The notes under the pieces are model-generated. The model was not told the DNA's origin. It saw only the letters and a program-made list of their open reading frames with translations, and did no database searches. Made by a program: the position numbers and the translations under genes. A stretch of DNA of 64,000 nt from Felis catus (Eukaryota): NCBI RefSeq assembly GCF_018350175.1, contig NC_058368.1:229898001-229962000 (forward strand). Direction: 5' to 3'. Of the stretch, positions 40,795 through 54,056 are shown piece by piece (position 1 is the first letter of the stretch; the number at the start of each line of letters is the position of its first letter).

Positions 40795-42590
40795 AAAAAT
40801 AAAGATTAAAAAATTATTTTTAATAAAAAAAGAAAATATGTACAAGATACATATGAGGAAGACTATGGGCTGGTGAGTGAAATCAAAGAACTAAATAAAT
40901 GGAGAGATATTCAATGTTTATGGATAGGAAAACTCAGTATCTTTAAGATGTCAATTCTTCCCAAATTGATGTATAGATTAAGTACAATCCCAATCAAAAT
41001 CCCAACAAATTACTTTGTAGATATCAACAAAGTGATTTTGAAGTTTATATCGAGAGGCAAGAAAACACAAGAGTAGCCAACAATATTAAAAGAGAACAAA
41101 ATTAGACTGGTTCTACTTGACTTTTCGACTTACAAAACTGCAGTAATCAAGACAGTGTGCTATTGGTGAAAAAATAGACAAATAGACAGATCAATAGAAC
41201 AGAATAGAGATCCAGAAACAGACCTTCATAAATATAGTCGGTTGATCTTTGTCAAAGAAGCAAAGGCATCACTGTGGAGCAAGGACAGTCTCTTCAACAA
41301 ATTGTTCTGGAACATCTGGACATTCACGTGCAAAAAGATGAATCTAGACACAGACCTTACACCTTTCACAAAAAGTAACTCAAAATTGATTGTAGACCCA
41401 AATATAATATATGAAAAACTATAAAAGTCCTAGAAGAGTACATAGGAGGAAGCCTAGATGGCGTTGGGTATACAATGGCTTTCTAGATGCAAAACCAAAG
41501 AAATGATCTGTGAAAGAAAGAATTGGTAAGAGGGACTTCATTAAACCTTAAAACTTCATCTCTGCAAAAGGCAATTTATCAGGAGAATTTGAAGACCAGA
41601 CACAGACTAGAAGAAAATGTTTGCAAAAGAGACATCTGATAAAGGACTGTTATCCAAAAATACATCAAGAGCTCTTAAAACTCAACAATAAGAAAATGGA
41701 TAATGCAATTAAAAATGGGCCAAAGAAGATGTGTAGATGGAAAATAAGCATATGAAACGATGCTCCACGTCATATGTCATCAGGGATATACAAATTAAAA
41801 TAACGAGATACCGGGGGCTATGCAAATTAAAATAATGAGATAAATGCTCCCCACTTAGAAGGCACCATTCCGGAACTCTGACAACACCGGATGTTTACAA
41901 GGATGTGAAACTATAGGAATTCTCAGGCATTGTTGGTTGGCATCACAAAATGGTACTACCACTTTGGAACACATTTTGGTGGTTTCTTACAAACCTAAAC
42001 ATACTCTTACCATAGGATCCAGCAGTCACACTCCCTGGTATTTATCCAAAGTAGTTGGAAACAAGTCCTCACAAAAAAACTGCACGTGGATGTTTATGGC
42101 AGCTTAGACATAATTGCCAGAACTAAGAAGCAACCAAGCTCTCCTTCCGTACGTAGGAGAATGGACTAGTGAACTATGGTCCATCCGGACAATGGAATAT
42201 CATTCGGCACTAAAAAAGAACTGAGCTATTAAGCCTCGAAAAGATATGGGAGAAACTTAATACTGCTGAGTGAAAGAAGCCGAGCTGAAAGGCTACATGC
42301 CATATGATTGAATTGTATGACATTCTGGAAAAAGTAAGATTGTGCACAATAAAAAGATCAGTAGTTGTCTGGGGCAGAGGTCAGAGAGAGTTAACTAGTC
42401 AGTGCACAGAGGCTGTTTAGGGGAGTGAAAATACTCTGTATGGTAATATTACAATGAATATTGTAACTTTTTCTAAACCTGTAGAATGCACACCACTCTA
42501 GCGTGAACTATAGTGTAAAATGGAGTTTGGGTGATTATGATATGTTAATGTAGGTCCATCTTTGGCAAAAAAAAAAAAAAAACAAAATGT
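39040..42590 (+). mobile_element. 5'-truncated L1 (3' UTR L1MC1/2-like) with disrupted ORF2 (RT and C-terminal part)
   Basis: ORF2 remnants EIKELNKWRDIQCLWIGKLSIFKMSILPKLMYRLSTIPIKIP (40873-41076) and IFVKEAK..WSKDSLFNK (41242-41424). RT motif LSLFRDDMI at 40361-40387 (FADD degenerated). Many stops and frameshifts. 3' UTR gtgaactatagtgtaaaatggagtttgggtgattatga. Confidence 0.93.
40603..40829 (+). mobile_element. Can-SINE inserted in L1 ORF2
   Basis: TSD aagaaaatat at 40592-40601 and 40830-40839. Confidence 0.95.
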
Positions 42591-43124
42591 TTCATTTTAT
42601 TCAAAAATGAATAAGTTAAAAATTTTTTTAGTAAAAATTTAAAAAAAATGTTCTGGTGGTTTTTTTCTTCTCCCCAGTGTTTATCCTGCTTTAAACCACT
42701 CTTGTTTCTGATCTTCAACAACCTCACTCATCTCACCTTTTATACTCTCGTCCCCCAACCCTCATTATCAATTTCTGCATAGCAACCAAAGGCATTTAAA
42801 AATAAGATCTGACCTGTGCCTCCCCTACTTTCAACCCTGCAGTGGCTTTCTGCTGGCTTAGAATAAATGCCAAGCTCCTATCCCTTGGCTTCCCATGTTC
42901 CAGGCATATCCGCTTCCCTTCTGTTCCAGGAAATCTCCTTCCAGACTTAGGATGTCAGACATGCTCCGTTTGGAATGGTTGTCTTTTTTCATGGATGATT
43001 CCTTCCCACTTGTCAGGCTTCAATTTAAATTACCCCTGCTCGGGCAGGTCTTCCCTGGCAGTGCATGGAGTAACCCCCACCCCGACCCCAGAATTACTCC
43101 ACTACACTCGGAAGTGCAGAAATT

Positions 43125-43365
43125 AAGACCACAGACTCTGGCTTCAAATGACCTGTGTTAAAACCCCAAACCACCACTTTAAAGTTGTATTATGTCAAGA
43201 GATTCTGTAATTCCTCTGTCCCCCAGTTTCCTCATTTGAAAGGCGGGGATAATATCAGAGTTAACTTATCTGATAAGGTTGAGGTTTAGAATGGGTTGAT
43301 ACACATCATGCACTCACTGAGGACAGTACCTGGCACATAGAAATCCTTATGTTAGTGATTAGTAC
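43125..43365 (+). mobile_element. MIR lying within L2 relics
   Basis: cctctgtcccccagtttcctcatttgaaaggcggggataata..acagtacctggcacatag. Confidence 0.78.
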
Positions 43366-44182
43366 AGTACGTCGTTATGGTCTTATAAAAGAGAAAAGAA
43401 TTTCAATGCATTTTAATTGCTTATTTTTTATTCCCTCTTCTCTAATAACAAGGCAGGGACTATATCTGCCATTTCCCCCCACTACTATGTACCCAGCTAT
43501 TCCTGGCACATAGGAGAACATCAGCAAGTATTTATTGAAGAATTGTGAATTGGGATCAGACTTTGCCAAATTAAATTAAACCATATTGCCGAGGCTCAGC
43601 TTTTTTTTTTAAATTTTTTAATGGTAGGCAGTGGAGTGGCACCTGCTAATGCTTAGAATTGGGTGAGACTTAGCCACTTCCCGACAACCTGTATCTAACT
43701 GCCTTTTTTGCCATGCCTGCAAGCATTTATAAAGCAAGCATTGATCCTCAAACAGGCACGAAAGAGGATCCAACTGTCTGTGAAATCAGATAGAATCCTT
43801 TGAGGCAGGGCTGATCTTTAGCTATTAGGCACTGATACAACCATATTGGTTGTTAACTACTAGTGCTTATGTTGCTTGGCGTATAATTCCTGTCCAGATT
43901 CCTAGAGTGCCTCTGACCTTCTTAAGCATCTTCAGGAGCTCAAACTGAATGCCCAAAAAAGGGTTAAAAGCTGTCTCTGAATACCACTAATTTCACCCAT
44001 GAAAACTCATTCTGATTCAAATTACTGAAAATAGCTCTTGCTGATCAGATGTAAAAATAGATCAAACTCTGGTAGTGGCTTCCCTCTGGAGGAAGGGGCT
44101 TCTTACTGGAAAGGGAGTTGACCAGTCCTGGAGCATGAAATCCTTATTAGAGCGTTTGACTAAATTTGCAGTGTGGCTTATA

Positions 44183-44508
44183 CTAGAAATCTGCAAACTG
44201 TAGCTCTAAGCCAGACCCAGCTGCTGCCTGTTTTCCTACGGCCTGTGGGCTGAGAAAATTGTTTTACATTTTTAAGTGGTGGGGAAGAAAAAAAAAAAAG
44301 AAGAATATTCTGTGGTGTAAAAATTTTATAAAATTCAAATTTTAGCACCTAATAAAGTATTTTTGGAACAGAGAATGCTCATGTTTATGCTCTGTGTATC
44401 ACAGCTTTGGCCTTCCCATGGTGGAGGTGAGTAGTTGGGTTGGAGACCTTGTGACACAGAAATCCAAAAATACTCACTGTTGTCCCTTGACAGAGTTTGC
44501 AATCCTGG
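44183..44508 (+). mobile_element. MER58B-like hAT-Charlie MITE
   Basis: TIR remnants ..gcaaact and agtttgc..cctg; internal gctgcctgttttcctacggcctgtgggctgagaa..aataaagtatttttggaaca. Confidence 0.8.
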
Positions 44509-44695
44509 CTTACCCTAACAAATGAGCTATCCGTGCTCAATAGTTTAACATAAACTATACATATCTATAAAAAGTGTAAAAATACTTATAATAAATGTGG
44601 CAAAGGTTAAATGGTTCAACTAATATGGATAATGTGAACTGTTTCTGGAAGACTGTTAAGTGACACTGGACAGTACTCATGTATTAAAAGGAATG

Positions 44696-45048
44696 AATCA
44701 GGCAGAGAAAGACAGATGTCATCGTATGTTTTCACTCATATGTGGAACTTGAGAAACTTAACAGAGGACCATGGGGGAAGGGAAGGGGGAAAATAGTTTC
44801 AAACAGAGAGGGAGGCAAACCATAAGAGACTCTTAAATACAGAGAACAAACTGAGGGTTGATGGGGGGGCGGGGGAGAGGGGAAAATGGGGGATGGGCAT
44901 TGAGGAGGGCACCTGTCGGGATGAGCACTGGGTGTCCTATGGCAGCGATGAATCATGGGAATCTACCCCCAAAACCAAGAGTGCACTGTATACACTGTGT
45001 GTTAGCCAACTTGACAATAAATTATATTAAAAACAATAATAATAAAAT
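44696..45048 (+). mobile_element. Carnivore/felid L1 3' end (L1_Fc-like)
   Basis: tatgttttcactcatatgtggaacttgagaaacttaacagaggaccatgggggaaggg..gagaacaaactgagggttgatgg; G-rich tract, AATAAA at 45016-45021 and A-rich tail. Confidence 0.92.
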
Positions 45049-45510
45049 GGGGAAAAAATCTAAAACTATATAATATGATTGCAATTTTAATATTTGATAT
45101 ATATATGTAATATTACATTGGTTTATAATGAGAAAGAAATGGAGCAGATTAATGGGTAACAGCTTACTTTTCTGTATTTATTGCCTAAATAAACCTATTT
45201 ATTCTAAATAAGCTTGCATCAGTTTTATCAGTTTTCAAATAACAAGACTAAATGGTAATGCAGAACATCGAACTCATGGTAAAGCTAAGTAAAAGGAAGT
45301 TTGCATAGTCTTCTTCATTAGTGAAATAAACATAAATGTGCCATGGTTCCAGAATAAAAATATTCCAGTTATTCTCAAGAGATAGGAAAGTGTTTTATAA
45401 ATGGCAAAATGTCTCTTAATCACTTGTTATCTCTCCATTCCATTATAAAATAAGACAAGAGAAGTGGTGCTCTTTCCCTAGTTCTTAATGATTCATAGAG
45501 AATTGTATTC

Positions 45511-45721
45511 TTTTTTTTTAAGTTTATTTATTTATTTTGAGAGAGAGAGGGAGAGCAGGAGTGGGGGAAAGGGCCTGGAGAGAGGGAGGGAGAGAATCCC
45601 AAGCAGGCTCTGCGCTGTCGGCACAGAGCCCGACTTGGGCCTTGATCCCATGAACCATGAGATCATGACCTGAGTCGAAATCAAGAGTCAGACGCTTAAC
45701 CCACTGAGCCACCAAGGCATG
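45511..45721 (-). mobile_element. Can-SINE
   Basis: Reverse SINEC body: gagaatcccaagcaggctc..catgacctgagtcgaaatcaagagtcagacgcttaac. Confidence 0.93.
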
Positions 45722-45801
45722 TTCAGAAAATAATTCTATTCTTGAGCATGAAAGGAAGGAGAAGTTTTAAACCAATACACAGGGCATAGTGCTATCCAGA
45801 C

Positions 45802-45828
45802 AAAAAAAAAAAAAAAAAAAAAAAAAAA
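45802..45828. repeat. A27 mononucleotide run
   Basis: Read directly from the sequence. Confidence 0.95.
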
Positions 45829-46469
45829 CTATTCCCCTCGTTGCTTGCCACTGAACAATAGCTTAGGTAGGTTATGATAGGGTATTAATTTCTTCTAAGG
45901 CCAGTTGCTAGACATTTGTCATGGACCATAAGTGATGTGACAGGATATAACAGAATCGGCATCTTTCATAACATACTACTTCAGTCAACTGTGTGCAATC
46001 CTTCTTCTTCTGGGCTGCCTCTTCCTGATCAGACCTTTTAATGATTATAACTTCCTATAGTCCCTGATTGAAGCTAGTGATTTTCTATCAACTTTCTATT
46101 TCCTCAACCTCATCTAACATAGTTCAGTTTCTTCTAACTGTTCCCCAGCCCAGTAATGTTCATTTAAGGCCATACCTTTGTAAGCGACGTCTTTCAGAAT
46201 GATGTGCTGTATACAGTATCTTTTGGATGACCACTCTACCAAATATATTTAAGATCGTAAGACAAGTTGTGAGGTTCTTAGTCCTGTTGCGTAGTTTCCA
46301 CTGGACTAAAAATTCCCCAGACGTGCTCATTTTCCTATTCAGCAAGCAGTGATTGGGAAAATCTGTATTTAAGATACTGTTGTACAAAGGGAGAGGGGAA
46401 AAGGTGCTGATACACAAAATTAGAAAGGGTGATCCTTATCAGAATATCGTATATTTCCTGTTAGATATA

Positions 46470-47094
46470 CAGTCAATCCTCACTATTTTCAGATTCCATA
46501 TTCATGAATTTGTCTACTTGCTAAACTTTGTTTGTACTCCCAAGTCAGAACGCATGTGTCTTTTGTAGTCATTCATGGGACTTGCACAGAGTGGCAAATG
46601 ATTTTAGTTGCCGGACATGCACATTCCCAGCTGAGATCAAACAAGGCGGCATACCACCTTCTTGTTTTAGCTCTCCTACTGTAAGGAACGGTTTATTTAG
46701 TGCCTTTTTTTTTTTTTTTTCACTTTTCTGCTTTGGTGCTCTGTGTGATTTTGCTGTTTAAAATAGCCCCCGGGCACAGTGCTGAAGTGCCGTGTGATGC
46801 TCCTCAGTGCAAGAAGGCTGTGATGTGCTTTATGAAGAGAATACGTGTTAGACAAGCTTCAGTCAGGCATGAGTTATGGTGCTGTTGGCTGTGGGTTCGA
46901 TGTTAGTGAATTGACAATACGTATTAAATAAGGTGCCTATTAAATAAGCTATATATTGACAGGTTGATGAAAATCTGTGGCCAGAGGCTTACAGGAACCT
47001 CACCCTTCACGTCCCTAGGAGCAATGCTTCATCTTTCACTAATTTAGTGTTTGGGTTGACTTTGTAGAACGTAGCTAATAACGAGCATCTACTG
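46470..47094 (+). mobile_element. MER82-like TcMar-Tigger non-autonomous DNA transposon
   Basis: ta|cagtcaatcctcactatt ... aataacgagcatctactg TIRs. Carries a frameshifted transposase N-terminus remnant (KKAVMCFMKRIRV.., CENP-B-type HTH). Confidence 0.88.
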
Positions 47095-50030
47095 ATTCTG
47101 TTTGGGCTGGTACTTAAGTTTAGAGAAAAGTCTTGGGGTAATTATTAAAATAACGATGGTTATTCATTCAGCGTTTACTGAGAATTTCTGTGTATAAAAT
47201 GCACAGCAATGATCAAAAGACACAAATATCCCTGCCCTCAAACTTCCATTATAGTTAAATTTCTTGGCTTCTGAAGGCCTGTGCCACACACTTCATGTGC
47301 ATCATGTAACACTACTGCGAAGTGGGTCTTCTAAGGCCCATCACAAAGGAAGCTGTAATTCAAATAATTTTAAATAAGTAGCCCAAGATAAAACAGAGCG
47401 TCCCCTCCAAAAAGGTTTCAAACCCAAGCTGACTTGATCTAAACCTCTACTCTTAAATACTATGCTGTTGTCATGATTTACTTTTAAACTACCTAAAATG
47501 GTATACTGAGACTTGGTCATAGAAAATCCACATGCCTACTGAATATTTCCATTTTATGAATTCAATGCTACAGGATAGCACTTCTTCAGATTCAGTAATT
47601 TAGGTGACTATTACATCGTGGGTCTAATCTCGTTTCGCCTTTGGTAGATTCTTCATCATCTTGTTCTTCTTTGGAGATTGGATTTAACTTTGAAAAATGC
47701 TCTTGGTCTCTGGACACTATGAGTTTACACGTAGCATTTGGTGAAAATGGACATGGCAGACATTGTTAGGATTAAACTTTGAAGAGAGAGGGGGATTTTC
47801 TATTAACATTTTAGGGCGATAAGAAGAAAGCATTTTATTAAACATCGCATAGTGACATTCTAAAAATCTTGTTTCAACATCTGCCTAGTTTTCCAAATTT
47901 CACTAATGGCACTCAGTAATGAAGCTGAATTCTCAGCTTCATTATCTTTTGTCCCTCACACTCTCCCAGCCTCCTCTTGAGCCGTTCCACCTCCTGGAGA
48001 CCCTCCTCAGTCCTCATGACTTTTTGCCAACATTTGGTTTGTCAGCTACCTGATAAGACAGTCTAGACAAGGAGATTTCAGCAGAGCTCATGAGTGTGGC
48101 AACAATCTCATCGCGCCTCTGGCTGGTTTCATTTTAACATACTATCCTTCACCAATATTCTTCCAGTTTGGGTTTTACATTTTTAAGGTGGCTTAAGAAT
48201 TTTACTTCTTTATTTGAAAAATACTTTACCTTTTATTCTAAAATTTCCACCAAAATCGTTAAGAGAGAGCAAATTAAAATATCTGGCAATTACATGTTCA
48301 ACATGAGCCAAGATTAAAATTCAGAATTCCAAATTCAAAATAAAATGCAGCCATTTCCCGAATTATTAAATATTCATCTGCTAAAACATGGTGAGGCAGA
48401 AAAATTATTTACTGGTGTTTTTGAGATACTAGGTAGAGTGAACTTGTTTTTGACCAAAGTTTCACCTTATACTTTTTTTTTTTTTGGTACATAAACTTTA
48501 GATTGTACAGAACCCCTTTAAAGAAAATGTTAATGTAGAGTATGGGGAAAAAGCACTAAGCACATTTTAAAAATACAGTTGTATGATTGGAAACCAAAGG
48601 ATTCCTTACCTTTTTTTATTACATACTTAAAGTTTCCTTCAAATACAACAAAACTTGTGTCTGGACTATGCATCTTTAAGATAAAAGCCACTTTTCAAAA
48701 CAGAAATGCTTCCATTGAGGGTTCATGTGTTTGGGGAAACATATTTTTCAAAACTGACACTAAAGGCTGCATTCTGTGATGTGTTAGCCAAACACATAAT
48801 TTCGTTCCTGTTACTAACTTTATTCACATTCCTTTTTCCTTATCTCGTGGAGACCTGCTGTCCTGTGGGTTATTAAAAAAAAAATGCCAAAACAATGCAG
48901 CTGTTGCCATGGTCAGAAACATTACATTCTGTTCACTGAGGGTTTCCTTTTTCTTTCCACCATTTTTCAGGTTAGTAAACTCTGATTCCTCTATGTGAAG
49001 TTGTTAATTTCTTATTAGCCCATCGTACATACAGCAGTGATTTCTGTCACAGTTAGACATAATGAAGCTTAGTGTTTTGGAAAGGCAGTATAGAATTGAG
49101 GGCATAGATTTCTTAAGTCAGAGCCCGGCCTCTTGAGTGAGTTATCTAGGCTTTCGTACTTGATTTTCACTTCTCCCTGTGACTAGAGGACCATGCAATT
49201 TTCAATGGACGTGCTTCCTTATTCGTTTATAACATTGTTTGACAGATTTTTTTTAATGTTTAGTTGTACATTAAAAACTGCTGTGCTGCTGCTTAAATAT
49301 TTGTCAGCCGTTACACGATCTGGAAGTCCTGTGTATGCCAGCGGGCTGACACATTAGATTCCATTCTCTTCCAGCTCAGTCCTGGCGCTGGTTTTTATTT
49401 CCCCATCAAAGTGCAATTTTCTTTGACTTAGTCATTTTCACTTAAGTCATTTTACAATTGCAGCAATTTGGAAATTGCCAAGCTTGGAATGATAATCTTT
49501 TAAAATTTAAACTCAGGTTATAAGTTTCCCCCTGACGTGTGAGTGGTGCTAAATATTTTCACAATTTTGTGTAGGAAGGAAGAAAAACGGCGATTCATTC
49601 ACATCGTTCATCGCTATCCTAGACTCAAGCCAGGGATGGTGACACTGTTCTGACAAATTAACTTCGCTATATTATACTAGACACTGTTGAAAAGAGATGA
49701 TAGGATCAGTCATCCTCATAGTAGGGCGGACGAAATAAATTTCCTTCCTTTAGCTTGCTAGGCAATTTGATGTAACTGTTCCCTTACCTCTTTCTGATCA
49801 CAAACTCTTACGGCTTCTCCTCGTCAAATATTAAAGTAGCGCTATAATAAAATGTAGAAATGGCATTGCTGAATAATACACCTATTAGACTATTTTGGTA
49901 ATACGGTGATTATTAGCTACGTGAAACTGTGACCCAATGTATGTGGGGGAAAAAGCAAGTCCCACCGTGTTCTCCAGTGGCATTCCCAAATTGACATATT
50001 TACTCAAAGGAAACACTAAGATACGAATGG

Positions 50031-50232
50031 TGGGTGCCTGGGTGACTCAGTCAGATGGGCGTCCAGCTTCAGCTCAGGTCATGATCTCATGGTTCATGGG
50101 TTCGAGCCCCGTGTCAGGCTCTGTGCTGACAGCTTGGAGCCTGGAGCCTAGAGCCCGCTTCAGATTCTGTGTCTCCCTGCCTCTCTGCCCCTCCCCCACC
50201 TGTCTCTCAAAAAAATAAATAGACTTTAAAAA
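50031..50232 (+). mobile_element. Can-SINE
   Basis: TSD aagata(c/t)gaatgg at 50018-50030 and 50233-50245. Confidence 0.94.
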
Positions 50233-50520
50233 AAGATATGAATGGGAGTGGAGTATGATTCTGGATTCTGGTTTTAGGTGTCGGTAGTTATTTAGATGGT
50301 AGAAAAGATTCTTGAATATGTATTTTATAAGAAACCCAAAGCTTAGTAAATTATCATGTAATTTTAAGACAACACAATCCCCAATATACAGGGAGCGAGA
50401 TTTATATTATCTCTCACCTTCATAGAACACTTCATCATTTTTAATATTCTACCATATTATTCATCCCGCAACAAGCCTCTTACAAAGACACGGTCTCCCC
50501 CACTTTGCAGATTAAAACTC

Positions 50521-51060
50521 TGGGCCCCAGGACCGAGATAAGTAGCACGTCCGCGATCTCCTGTGCAGGAAGTTCAGTCTCTCCCGGATCTGAGCACAGG
50601 GCTCTTTAGTCTTTGGCGGATGTGCTGCGGCCGCTCTACATCACGTAGCACACGGCCCTGCTGCGTAAGCGTAGAAGTTGATGAAGATACAATGTAATAA
50701 AGCAATGATTTGGCGAATAGACACCGCTGGTAGCAACTTCGGTGTAAATACTGTCTGTTTGAGTCATCTTGACAGCTCCCCTTGTTTTGTGGGCCTCACC
50801 GCCTCATCCACCCAAAGGATGGCTCCATCCGCGATTAGTGAGTACACAATGGGCTTCCTTCCCGGTGAGGGTCTCCCCGCTCACGACGAGTCTCGCTTCA
50901 TTATCCGGGTCTGTTGTTAATGGTGTTTCTGCCCCCCTCAGCTCGCCGTGCTGCGGCCGTTCTGATGGGATCCTCTGCTCGCTCTCTGGGCTTCAGCGGC
51001 TGCTCCGTTCCATGCAAGCAGCGGGGCCCTCCTCACAGGACATGGGTTCCCGGGTTCGGG
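50521..51060. promoter_or_regulatory. CpG-island-like intronic patch
   Basis: About 34 CpG in 540 bp by hand count, visibly GC-rich, NotI site at 50627-50634. Confidence 0.45.
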
Positions 51061-51217
51061 GACTGAGCCTGCCATTTGCTGCTTGTTTGGGGAAGGGGGC
51101 TCAATTTTCTTATCTGGAAACTAAGGGATACTTACCTGGGAAAAGCACAGGGTTGTTTTTGAGACAGATGTAAACAATGCATGCAAAAATTTTGCAAATT
51201 ATAAAACAATGATTTTA

Positions 51218-51442
51218 TTTTTTTATAAATGTTTTTCAAGTTTTATCTACTTTTGAGAGAGAGACAGAGCGAGTGAGAGGGGGAGGGGCAGAGAGAGAGA
51301 GAGAGAGGGAGAGAGAGAATCTCAAGCAGGCTCCGCACTGCCAGCGTGGAGCCCATTGTGGGGCTGGCACTCACAGGCCACGAGATCGTGACCTGAGCCG
51401 AAACAAAGAGGCGCTTAACCGACTGAGCCACCCAGGCACCCC
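51218..51442 (-). mobile_element. Can-SINE
   Basis: Reverse SINEC. Degenerate TSD taaaaca..atttta. Confidence 0.93.
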
Positions 51443-53734
51443 TAAAACAGAATAATTTTAGCGAAGTAGCCTAGTGTCTCTGAACCCCATTGCTGGAATT
51501 GTTGAAGATTCAAACACGATGACAGTGGAGGACATATGCTTACTTTCCATGTGTGTCTGCAGGATCTTCTATGGTAGGCTCGCCTCACTGTGGCGTCGAC
51601 CCTTTTCATTGGTCTTCTGAAAGTGTGTTGCTTGTTTTTCATTTTCATTTTCATTTGAAAATGCCGTCATTCTTTACTGAACGGTCCCTGCACGCTTTTC
51701 AGCCCCCACAAACTGCTGCAGATGCTGAGATGAGTGACTGGGCCTGGGGAGTTGCGGGGCTGGGGGGCTGCTTTACCAAGAGGCTTGGTGGAGGTGCCTG
51801 AGGCCCCATGGCAGCAGAGACAACGGGCTTTGCTCCCAGCCTGGAAGATTGGGGTAACATTTCCCAGGAATACCAAGCGGTAGAGTGAAACCAGCATCCT
51901 TAACGTGGCCCGCAAACCACCGCACAACATGGCCACAGCCCTTGTCCCTGATTTCAGTCCGACGCTCACCCAGGCATGCCGGCCTTCAGCCTGGCTTCTG
52001 TGCCCTGTAGTCCCGAGACTCACCTGCCACGTCCCACCTCACAGTCCGTGCTTTGCTCCCTTCTCTGCCCGAATGTGCTTCCCCAGACGCCCGTGGGGCT
52101 CACCTTCTCGTCTCCTTCATGTCTTTGATCAAAGGCCACTTGGTTCGTAAGGTCTTCTCCCCCCTGCCCTGCTTAAAATAACACTCCAGGCTAGCCCTGC
52201 TTTGACTTTCTTCGCAAGAGTTTTTTACTTCCAGCACACTAAGTATTTATCAATATTTTAAATTACCTGTCTTCACTGGAATGTGTGCTCTGTGGCTCCC
52301 CCCACCCTTGTTAGGAGTTAAGTATAAAGCATTCCTAGCTGTCAGAATAGGGGCCCGTGAGTATTACTGGGGAATGAGCCACGCGCCGCGTGGCCAGCTT
52401 TACGTGCGTTATCTCCTTCGATCCTCACAGCTGAGCTGTGAGTTAGGTCTGATTGCCCCCTTCGTATTGCAGCAGAGACCGTGGCTCTCAGAGCCACAGA
52501 AGCTTGCCCACGCCTCAGCTGCTGGGTGATAGAAGTAGGCTTTGAATCGTGGTAGAGAGCCTGTACGCTGAGTCTTGACCCTCGAATCTAGACAGGAAAC
52601 AGAACCCGGCATATTTGGGGCACTGCTTCATCTACCCGTGACTTGGGAAGTGGCTGGAGATGTGGTCCCAGGAATTGAGGCTGGGGAGGCAGCAGGAGAT
52701 CCTTTGTTGGCTTTGTGACAGTCTGGTATTTCCATGTGATGGTTACTGAAGGATGCTGAGCAGGGAGTAGGGTGACCAGACTGCTGTTCTAGGAAGATCA
52801 CTCCAGCTACGGAGTGATGAATATACATTAGGAGGAATCGGTGTTGGGCTTGGGAAGCCAGCTGGGAGGTTATCAGAGTAGCCCAGGCCAAAAAAAAAAA
52901 AAAAAAAAGACAAAAAACTGAACCAAGTGAATGACAGTGGAAATGGAGAGGTTGGAAGGCAAAATGGGCTGATGTGGGTAAAAGTAGATATGGAAGCAGG
53001 TGAAGGAGAGTCTTGGATGGTACGTTTCTGGGACAGATGGGAGATGAGTGGGGCCGCTCTCTTACCTTCTTGGATGAGTTTTCTACTTTCTTTATATTAA
53101 GAAAATAAAAATCTATATTACTGTATTATACATAGCTATTATATATATACATGTTATTGAATATTAAAAATTATATATATTACTTCCAATAATAAACCAT
53201 GTTGTGAAATACAAAACTTGCTAACATTTAGGAGTATATAACGCTCACACAGTTCATTAACTATCATTATCTCTTGAGGAGGAACTAGAGATACGAGCCC
53301 TGGGAATTCTGTCTGGAGCTTACAAACACTCCAGAGAGAGCCCTTTGATTATGGCACAAATAAAAATAAATATGGCTTATTCATAATAAGTAATAGTATC
53401 ATCATTATTATACATTTAATAGCACATCCTCTTCGGCCACGTGTCAATGAGCAGCTCACTCCTGCCCCCAAAGACTGTTTTCCTAACTCTGCCTGGAAAA
53501 GAGAGATTACTGACTGTGAAAGTAGGCTGTTGACAATAACCAGTGCAGTGGCCTGCTCTTGGCAGGTTCTTTTGCTTTGCCTGGCAGTGTCACCCACAGT
53601 ATCTTATTAGGTACTTCATATTTAAATCACAGTAGAATTTTCCAGAGTGCCACCCTTCACATAACTAAAAAAAAATTGTTAAGCTTGTTTACATAATGGA
53701 TGTAAATGTTAAGAAGACTTCTTTTCAGGGAGCA

Positions 53735-53905
53735 TGAGGATTTAAGATAAACACCTCTGATCTTCATTGCCTCATCTTTAAACTAAGGAAAATAACCCCA
53801 GTGAAGGTTTGATGTGTGGGAATTACATGAGATAATGTTTATAGAGTTTCTCGGAACAGAGATCAATAATATTCCAAGTGTTCTTCAAATAGCAGTTAGT
53901 AGTAA
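53735..53905 (+). mobile_element. MIR fragment
   Basis: cacctctgatcttcattgcctcatctttaaactaaggaaaataa..gaattacatgagataatg. Confidence 0.6.
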
Positions 53906-54056
53906 TAGGATTGGTATCATCATTAAAATGATTACTGTATTATGTATTGATGTAATTTAGCCTAGGAAAACCTTTTAGGGTCTTCATGCAAAGCGTGCTC
54001 TTTAGAATTTCGATATTAGGAAGTAAAAGGTTGAGTTTAAGAATATGATCTTAGTT

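Noticed and set aside
39040..42590. Reverse transcriptase-like peptides as a possible active or novel RT system
   Set aside because: Dead L1 ORF2: 5'-truncated, many stops and frameshifts, catalytic motif altered to FRDD, and a SINE inserted.
44863..44897. G-quadruplex-capable G-tract
   Set aside because: Ordinary G-rich segment of the L1 3' UTR, already explained by that element.
45802..45828. A27 run (and T31 at 18924) as the tail of a processed pseudogene
   Set aside because: No flanking TSD pair and no recognisable upstream mRNA-like sequence.
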